Shown piece after piece: positions 1-5,211 of a DNA stretch of 6,777 nucleotides. The translations under genes were made by a program, and so were the position numbers. Position 1 is the first letter of the stretch. Each line of letters opens with the position of its first letter. The notes under the pieces were generated by a model. It was not told the DNA's origin, did no database searches, and was given only the letters and a program-made list of their open reading frames with translations. Origin of the DNA: Candidatus Iainarchaeum sp. (GTDB taxonomy: Archaea; Iainarchaeota; Iainarchaeia; Iainarchaeales; CSSED10-239); the NCBI GenBank assembly GCA_003559395.1, contig PWLL01000105.1, forward strand, positions 1-6,777, in the 5' to 3' direction.

Positions 1-195
1 ATGATTATCCTTTACAAAAGAAATAATTTGATTAGAATCTAAAATATCACCAACAACGAAATCTTTACAGTTTTTAATAATTTGTGGGTTTTTATTTGAT
101 AAAAAACCATAAACATCAACCTCTTTATTTTTATTTAAAGCACAAACAATTGCAGCTTCTCTACCACCACTACCAACAACTAATATATTTTTCAT
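1..195 (-). CDS. purD: phosphoribosylamine--glycine ligase (PurD), first 65 codons only; continues past the left window edge
   Basis: The reverse complement of 1..195 reads MKNILVVGSGGREAAIVCALNKNKEVDVYGFLSNKNPQIIKNCKDFVVGDILDSNQIISFVKDNH with no stop. The MKxLV(V/I)GSGGRExA opening is the characteristic PurD N-terminus. The ATG at 195..193 overlaps the purF stop TGA (194..192) as ATGA. It is absent from the ORF track because it is truncated. Confidence 0.75.
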   Translation of the reverse strand, partial: MKNILVVGSGGREAAIVCALNKNKEVDVYGFLSNKNPQIIKNCKDFVVGDILDSNQIISFVKDNH

Positions 196-1562
196 AAAAA
201 ATCACTTTCTATTGGATATTTTCCTGTAAAACAAGCTTTACAATAATGGTTTGGCTTTTTCACAGATTTATCTAAATCATTTATATCTAGATAACCTAAA
301 GAATCAACATTTAAAGCTTCTTTTATCTCTTCTAAATTTTTATTATTTGCAATGAGTTTATTTTTATAAGGTGTATCAATACCGTAAAAACAAGGAAACT
401 TTATTGGTGGACAGCCAAGCCTTACATGCACTTCTTTAGCACCTGCTTTTTTAATCAACAAAACAATTTTTTTTAAAGTTGTTCCACGAACAACGGAATC
501 ATCTATTAAAAGAACTTTCTTATCTTTAAAAACACCAGGCAAAACATTAAATTTTTGATTTACACTTTCATCTCTAACTGTTTGTTCTGGTTTTATGAAG
601 GTTCTACCAACATAATGGTTTCTAATTAAACCCAACTCAAAAGGTTTGTTAATTTCTTTAGCATAACCTAACGCAAAAAAAATAGCAGAATCAGGAACAG
701 GCACAACTAAATCTACATCTGGTTCATCTTTTGCTAAAAAAGCACCTATTTTTTTACGAACATCAAAAACTTTCTCTCCAAAAACAACACTATCAGGTCT
801 AGAAAAATAAATGTGTTCAAAAATACAATGTTTTTCATATTTTGAAGACCTAAACTCACTAATATCTATTGGATGCAAAACATCTTTATTTTCACTAAAT
901 TGGATAATCGCACCAGCACCAACTTCTTTTTTCCAAACAGGATTTACAATATCTAATGCAACACTTTCTGAAGCAATAACAAAAGACCCCTCTTCTGTTT
1001 TACAATAACACAAAGGCCTCACAGCATACACATCTCTAAACAAAAACATTTCGTTTTTTGTAATTAATAAAGTAGAATAGGCCCCTTTTACATCTTTAAA
1101 TAATTTTTTTATTGCATTAACAATTGAATAATTTTCTTTTTCTATATAATAAACTATAAATTTTAATAATAATTCTCCATCATTTTCACTTTCAAAAAGC
1201 ACGTTCTTTTTCTCAAGCATATTTCTAATTTCTTTATAATTAACAACATCTCCGTTACTTACAAGAGCATAAGAAAGACCAGACAAAGTTTTTAAAACGT
1301 GAGGAGAAGAATTGTTTATAGTTTTACCACCTTTTGTTGGATATCTTACATGACCTATCGCTATATGTCCTTTTAAGTTTTCAACAACAGAATCTGTAAA
1401 AAAATCCTTTACTAAGCCATGGCCTTTTTTATAACAAATGTCATTTCCGTTACTTGTGGCGATTCCACAACTTTCTTGCCCTCTGTGTTGTTCAGCAAAC
1501 AATCCTTTTATTGCAAAACGTACTGCTTCAGGACTATTATAAACACCAATAATTCCACACAT
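192..1562 (-). CDS. purF: amidophosphoribosyltransferase (glutamine-PRPP amidotransferase, PurF), [4Fe-4S]-type, 456 aa
   Basis: ORF 192..1625 is trimmed to the ATG at 1562 so that the protein begins MCGIIGVY (Ntn-amidotransferase nucleophile Cys directly after Met). Motifs seen: QHRGQESCGI, the PRPP-binding loop VLLIDDSVVRGTT, and the four Cys positions matching the B. subtilis-type Fe-S ligands (HCIFEHIYFSRPDS, FPCFYGID, CKACFTGKYP). The track start at 1625 is a GTG (plus-strand cac). Confidence 0.93.
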   Translation of the reverse strand: MCGIIGVYNSPEAVRFAIKGLFAEQHRGQESCGIATSNGNDICYKKGHGLVKDFFTDSVVENLKGHIAIGHVRYPTKGGKTINNSSPHVLKTLSGLSYALVSNGDVVNYKEIRNMLEKKNVLFESENDGELLLKFIVYYIEKENYSIVNAIKKLFKDVKGAYSTLLITKNEMFLFRDVYAVRPLCYCKTEEGSFVIASESVALDIVNPVWKKEVGAGAIIQFSENKDVLHPIDISEFRSSKYEKHCIFEHIYFSRPDSVVFGEKVFDVRKKIGAFLAKDEPDVDLVVPVPDSAIFFALGYAKEINKPFELGLIRNHYVGRTFIKPEQTVRDESVNQKFNVLPGVFKDKKVLLIDDSVVRGTTLKKIVLLIKKAGAKEVHVRLGCPPIKFPCFYGIDTPYKNKLIANNKNLEEIKEALNVDSLGYLDINDLDKSVKKPNHYCKACFTGKYPIESDFL

Positions 1563-1586
1563 AATAATCAAATTAAAAACGATATG

Positions 1587-1594
1587 TAATATAG
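1587..1594 (-). promoter_or_regulatory. candidate TATA box for purF-purD (minus strand CTATATTA), centred about 27-28 nt upstream of the purF ATG, implying a leaderless mRNA
   Basis: The minus-strand sequence of the 64-nt kinase-purF spacer is cgtgtactatgtttttttaatattttctaaacCTATATTAcatatcgtttttaatttgattattATG. The spacing mirrors the trm56 TATA-to-ATG distance. AT-rich background makes chance matches likely. Confidence 0.3.
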
Positions 1595-1606
1595 GTTTAG
1601 AAAATA

Positions 1607-1615
1607 TTAAAAAAA
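1607..1615 (-). terminator. oligo-T tract (minus strand TTTTTTTAA) 11 nt after the stop of the kinase-like gene
   Basis: The plus-strand A7 at 1609..1615 preceded by tt gives T7+AA on the coding strand. The same TTTTTTAA motif follows all three plus-strand transcription units in this window. Confidence 0.35.
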
Positions 1616-1626
1616 CATAGTACACG

Positions 1627-2379
1627 CTATTTTGAGAGTTTTTGCTTAATTATTTCTTTTTTTAGTGATTTTGATATATCAAAAGATAAAATAGTCTTAA
1701 CATAATAATTAAAAAAAACACTTTTTTGTTTTTTTGTAAATTGTGGCTGAGCGTTTACAAATTTATTTAAATAAAATAACAGTTTTCTAGCTTTGTCTTC
1801 AGAACGTGTGAGTTTTTGATTAAATCTTGCAAAATCAATATCTAAAGGATAGATTTCATTTTTTTTACCAGGTACAAAAAGATCAAAAGAAAAACATCCT
1901 TTTTCTGCAAGTTTTGACACAATCCACAAAAATTCCATTTCGTTTTCTTTTGACAACCACAATAAACCATTATTAAGCGTTTTATTTCCCTTTGCTTTAG
2001 ACCAAAACGCTTGAGTAACCAAAACCCATCTTTCTCCTTCACCAACCTTTATTTTTAACATACCTCCTTTAGGAAATAATTTTGCAACCGAAAGATCTCT
2101 GTTAGGAAATCTAGCATCCGCTTCTAAAGCAATTTTTCTTAAATCATTAATTACTTTTTGATATTTATTTGCAATTTTGTCAGGTATAGGATACCTAAAT
2201 TCTTTAATTGCAATTCTTTTTTTAGAACCATCTTTAAAAGTAACTTTTCCAAGATATACTTTTCCAAAAGCCCCAGAACCCAACAAAACAAGTTTATTTT
2301 TTTCTTTTGCAAAAGTTATGTTTTTGACATCTCTTTTTGTAAAAAATAAAGATTTTTTAGAAGTTTTTAAAGCACACAT
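1627..2379 (-). CDS. small atypical ePK-like protein kinase or pseudokinase (minimal RIO/Bud32-like architecture, degenerate catalytic loop), 250 aa
   Basis: ATG at 2379, TAG at 1629..1627. It has a canonical glycine loop LLGSGAFGKVYLG and a beta3 lysine in RIAIKEF. SFDLFVPG stands where HRDLKxxN is expected, and DIDFARF where DFG is expected. Only 66 residues follow the DFA, so there is no activation segment or APE. The gene starts 6 nt after the mutS stop. Confidence 0.6.
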   Translation of the reverse strand: MCALKTSKKSLFFTKRDVKNITFAKEKNKLVLLGSGAFGKVYLGKVTFKDGSKKRIAIKEFRYPIPDKIANKYQKVINDLRKIALEADARFPNRDLSVAKLFPKGGMLKIKVGEGERWVLVTQAFWSKAKGNKTLNNGLLWLSKENEMEFLWIVSKLAEKGCFSFDLFVPGKKNEIYPLDIDFARFNQKLTRSEDKARKLLFYLNKFVNAQPQFTKKQKSVFFNYYVKTILSFDISKSLKKEIIKQKLSK

Positions 2380-2385
2380 GTTAAT

Positions 2386-4887
2386 CTAAAAATCAAATAA
2401 GTTTTTTTGTTCTTTTTTATAAATAATTGGTTTTTGTTCTTTTTTTTCTGTTTTTAGTTCATTTTTTACAACAGTGGTGTTTTTTTTTAAAAAAGCATCG
2501 TTTTCTAAATCTCTTTGAATAAGAAGGGCTTTATCAATTATATCTTGATTTATTCCTGCAAGCTTAGCAACCTGAATACCATAGCTTTTATTTATGCCAC
2601 CCTTTTCAAGTTTATGATAGAAATGTAGTTGATCTCCTTCTTCTTTTGCAGTAACGTGATAGTTTTCCACACCATCATAAATTTCTTGCATCTTATTTAA
2701 TACGTGGTAGTGTGTTGCAACTAAGGTTTTAGAAGAAACAACATTATTAAGATGCTCTATTACAGACCAAGCCAAACTAACACCATCAAAAGTACTAGTA
2801 CCCCTACCAATTTCATCTAAAATAACTAAACTATCCTTGGTTGCGTGATTGAGAATATAAGAAACTTCAGACATCTCAACTAAGAACGTGCTTTGGCCAT
2901 GCAAAATGTCATCAGACGCACCAACTCTTGTAAAAACGCCATCAACAACGCCAATAGTTGCGTTATCAGCAGGAACAAAGCAACCAACATGCGCCAGCAC
3001 ACACCCAACAGCCACACTTCTCATATAACTACTCTTTCCAGCCATGTTTGGTCCAGTAATAACCATTGTTTTTAAAGTTTTAGAAAGATTTAGATCATTT
3101 GGAATATAATTAGTTAATTTTTCAATAACAGGATGTCTTAAATTTTCAAAAGAAAGAACATCTGAATTATTTTTTATAGGTCTAGAATAATTATTATTTA
3201 TAGACGTAAGAGTATGAGAAAAAACAACATCAATCAAACTAATGTTTTTTGCAACAACTTTTATTTCTTCTTGATAATCTAGTATTTTTTTACAAACCTC
3301 TAAAAACAAACTATATTCTATTTCGTATCTTTTTTCCTGTGCGGTTAATAGATCCGTTTCTTTTTGAGATAATTCATTTGTTGTATATCTTTCACAATTT
3401 ACTAACGTTTGTTTTCTTTCAAAATAATCAGGAACTAAAGAAGATTGAGATTTAGGAATTTCTATATAAAAACCAAAAATCTTATTAAATTTAATTTTTA
3501 ATGATTTTATGTTTGTTTGACTCTTTAATTTATATTCATATTCTGTAATCCATGATTTTGTGTTTTTATGAATGTTGATTAGATTATAAAGTTCTTCTGA
3601 AAAATGAGGTTTTATAAAACCCCCCTCTCTTACACTAAAAGGAGGTTCATCAACAATAGCTTTATCTAAAATTGAAAATACTTCAGAAAGATCAACAAAA
3701 TCATTATGACAATTTTTTAAATAAACACTTTTAACTTCAGACAAACAAGCTTTAATAACCGGCAAGGCCTCTAAACTTTGTTTTAAATAAATAAGATCTC
3801 TTGGGTTTGCGTTTCCAAAACCAATTTTTGAAATAATTTTATCTAAATCACCGATATAAGACAGGTTTTTTTTTAAATCTTCTATTAACAAAATATTTGA
3901 AGTAAGTTCTTCAATAGAATCATAAATTTCATTTATTTTATTAGCATCGATTAAAGGATGTAACAAATCAAAATAAAGTTTTCTATAACCCATGGGTGTT
4001 TTTGTATTGTTTATTAATTGAAACAGAGAATGTTGTTGTGTGTTATCTTTTAAATTAGTTACCAATTCTAAATTTCTTAAAGTTTTTCTATCTAGTCTAA
4101 GATATTTTTTGTATTTGTATTCTTTTATGTTTTTTATATATTTTACATTTGAAAATTGTGTTGTTTTTATATAATTTAAAGCATTGTACGTACTAATTAA
4201 ACAAACAGGATTTTCATGCAATCCAAACTTTTCTAAACTCTCTAATTCAAAATGTTCTTTTAAGTTTTTTTTTGCAGTATCTTCATCTATAACTTCTGTA
4301 TAGTTTATTATAGTATCAGGAATATTTTTTTTAATAGATTCAACAACATCAAAATCTTTTAGAATGTTTTTTGTTAACAATAGTTCTTTTGGTTTTATAA
4401 GTGTTAATTGATCAAGAAGATCATCTTTATAATAAAAACTACACGTTTTTGAATCGTTTGTAGTAATGTCTATTAAAGAAAAACCATAAGCATCTTTTAT
4501 TTTAGAAATAGAACCTAAATAATTGTTATCATAAGTATCTGTAAAAAGAGTGCTTGGAGTAATTACTCTTGTTACAGCTCTTTTTACTAACCCTTTTGCT
4601 TTTTTAGGATCTTCTATTTGTTCACAAATAACAACTTTTTTACCACACTTTACCAACTTTACAATGTATGGGTCAATTGAATGATAAGGAATCCCTGCTA
4701 AAGGAGCCTGTGTTTCTCCTTTACCTCTTTTAGTTAAAGTTATGTTTAATAGTTTTGAAGCAATCTTTGCATCATCGTAAAAAATTTCATAAAAGTCGCC
4801 AGCTCTAAACAGCAATATGCCTTCCGGATATTGTTTTTTTGTTTCTATATATTGTTTCATCATCGGCGTTAAATTATTATTAAACAT
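2386..4887 (-). CDS. mutS: DNA mismatch repair protein MutS (bacterial MutS1 type with mismatch-recognition domain I), 833 aa
   Basis: ORF 2386..4926 is trimmed to the ATG at 4887 (MFNNNLTPMMKQYIETKKQYP...). Motifs seen: domain I GDFYEIFYDDA (Phe-x-Glu mismatch motif), AGIPYHS, Walker A GPNMAGKSSYMRS, STFLVEMSE, Walker B LVILDEIGRGTSTFDG, and THYH. The track start at 4926 is a GTG lying inside tRNA-Phe. Confidence 0.93.
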   Translation of the reverse strand: MFNNNLTPMMKQYIETKKQYPEGILLFRAGDFYEIFYDDAKIASKLLNITLTKRGKGETQAPLAGIPYHSIDPYIVKLVKCGKKVVICEQIEDPKKAKGLVKRAVTRVITPSTLFTDTYDNNYLGSISKIKDAYGFSLIDITTNDSKTCSFYYKDDLLDQLTLIKPKELLLTKNILKDFDVVESIKKNIPDTIINYTEVIDEDTAKKNLKEHFELESLEKFGLHENPVCLISTYNALNYIKTTQFSNVKYIKNIKEYKYKKYLRLDRKTLRNLELVTNLKDNTQQHSLFQLINNTKTPMGYRKLYFDLLHPLIDANKINEIYDSIEELTSNILLIEDLKKNLSYIGDLDKIISKIGFGNANPRDLIYLKQSLEALPVIKACLSEVKSVYLKNCHNDFVDLSEVFSILDKAIVDEPPFSVREGGFIKPHFSEELYNLINIHKNTKSWITEYEYKLKSQTNIKSLKIKFNKIFGFYIEIPKSQSSLVPDYFERKQTLVNCERYTTNELSQKETDLLTAQEKRYEIEYSLFLEVCKKILDYQEEIKVVAKNISLIDVVFSHTLTSINNNYSRPIKNNSDVLSFENLRHPVIEKLTNYIPNDLNLSKTLKTMVITGPNMAGKSSYMRSVAVGCVLAHVGCFVPADNATIGVVDGVFTRVGASDDILHGQSTFLVEMSEVSYILNHATKDSLVILDEIGRGTSTFDGVSLAWSVIEHLNNVVSSKTLVATHYHVLNKMQEIYDGVENYHVTAKEEGDQLHFYHKLEKGGINKSYGIQVAKLAGINQDIIDKALLIQRDLENDAFLKKNTTVVKNELKTEKKEQKPIIYKKEQKNLFDF

Positions 4888-4901
4888 ACTAACTCCACAA
4901 A

Positions 4902-4975
4902 TGAGACTGGTGGGATTTGAACCCACGACACATAGGTCTTCAGCCTATTGCTCTCCCAGACTGAGCTACAGTCCC
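4902..4975 (-). tRNA. tRNA-Phe (anticodon GAA), no encoded CCA
   Basis: The minus strand reads GGGACTG TA GCTC AGTCTGGGA GAGC A ATAGG CTGAAGA CCTAT GTGTC GTGGG TTCAAAT CCCAC CAGTCTC A. This is a full cloverleaf with a 7-bp acceptor stem (G2.U71 wobble), G37, and a T-loop TTCAAAT. Confidence 0.9.
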
Positions 4976-4981
4976 TTATTT

Positions 4982-5055
4982 TGAGCTCGATGGGATTTGA
5001 ACCCATGACACCAAGGTTAAGAGCCTTGTGCTCTAACCAGCTGAGCTACGAGCCC
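4982..5055 (-). tRNA. tRNA-Lys (anticodon CUU), no encoded CCA
   Basis: The minus strand reads GGGCTCG TA GCTC AGCTGGTTA GAGC A CAAGG CTCTTAA CCTTG GTGTC ATGGG TTCAAAT CCCAT CGAGCTC A. All stems pair (G2.U71 wobble). A 6-nt spacer separates it from tRNA-Phe. Confidence 0.9.
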
Positions 5056-5065
5056 TAAGAATGAA

Positions 5066-5139
5066 TGAACTCGAGGGGATTCGAACCCACGACACCTGGG
5101 TTAAAAGCCCAGTGCTCTAGCCAGCTGAGCTACGAGTCC
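5066..5139 (-). tRNA. tRNA-Lys (anticodon UUU), no encoded CCA; T-stem carries one mismatch
   Basis: The minus strand reads GGACTCG TA GCTC AGCTGGCTA GAGC A CTGGG CTTTTAA CCCAG GTGTC GTGGG TTCGAAT CCCCT CGAGTTC A. The acceptor, D and anticodon stems pair. The T-stem has G49.U65 and a U50-C64 mismatch. A 10-nt spacer separates it from tRNA-Lys(CUU). Confidence 0.85.
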
Positions 5140-5162
5140 AAAAATATTATATTACATATATA

Positions 5163-5170
5163 TATTATAA
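5163..5170 (-). promoter_or_regulatory. candidate TATA box for the tRNA cluster (minus strand TTATAATA), about 27 nt upstream of the tRNA-Lys(UUU) 5' end
   Basis: The reverse complement of plus 5155..5170 is ttataatatatata. The position fits an archaeal TATA with a transcription start at or just before the mature tRNA 5' end (5139). It is one of several AT-rich candidates. Confidence 0.3.
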
Positions 5171-5179
5171 TAACAAAAA

Positions 5180-5187
5180 TATATAAA
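5180..5187 (+). promoter_or_regulatory. candidate TATA box (TATATAAA) with an A-rich BRE-like stretch upstream (aacaaaaa), about 28 nt before the trm56 ATG, implying a leaderless mRNA
   Basis: The sequence 5172..5190 is aacaaaaaTATATAAAaag. No Shine-Dalgarno-like purine run lies between it and the ATG at 5212. Confidence 0.35.
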
Positions 5188-5211
5188 AAGAAGTATGTAT
5201 ATAAGTATATT

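Noticed and set aside
811-1008. 65-aa plus-strand ORF antisense to purF
   Set aside because: It lies entirely inside a strongly supported conserved gene on the other strand, has no recognisable motifs, and is of a length expected by chance.
1842-2389. Three short ORFs overlapping the kinase-like gene (1842..2045 minus, out of frame; 2158..2349 plus; 2177..2389 plus)
   Set aside because: They are nested in or antisense to the longer ORF that carries clear kinase N-lobe motifs. Their sequences are low-complexity F/K/I-rich, typical of off-frame AT-rich DNA.
2893-3455. Two plus-strand ORFs (2893..3075, 3249..3455) antisense to mutS
   Set aside because: They overlap the conserved ATPase and core domains of mutS and show no motifs or signals of their own.
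4888-4926. N-terminal 13-codon extension of the mutS track ORF (MGSNPTSLICGVS...)
   Set aside because: It starts at a GTG inside tRNA-Phe, and GSNPTS is simply the translated tRNA T-arm. The alignment-supported MutS N-terminus (MFNNNLTPMMKQY) begins at the ATG at 4887.
4911-5090. The recurring near-identical motif gggatttgaaccca (4912..4925, 4992..5005) and ggggattcgaaccca (5075..5089), considered as possible CRISPR-like or att repeats
   Set aside because: These are the T-arms of the three tRNA genes. The repeat spacing equals the tRNA gene spacing. There are no spacers, no cas genes and no integrase.
5065-5211. N-terminal 49-codon extension of the trm56 track ORF (MNSRGFEPTTPGLKAQCSSQLSYES...)
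   Set aside because: The first half is antisense to tRNA-Lys(UUU) and the second half is TATA-rich promoter DNA. Family homology begins right after the ATG at 5212.
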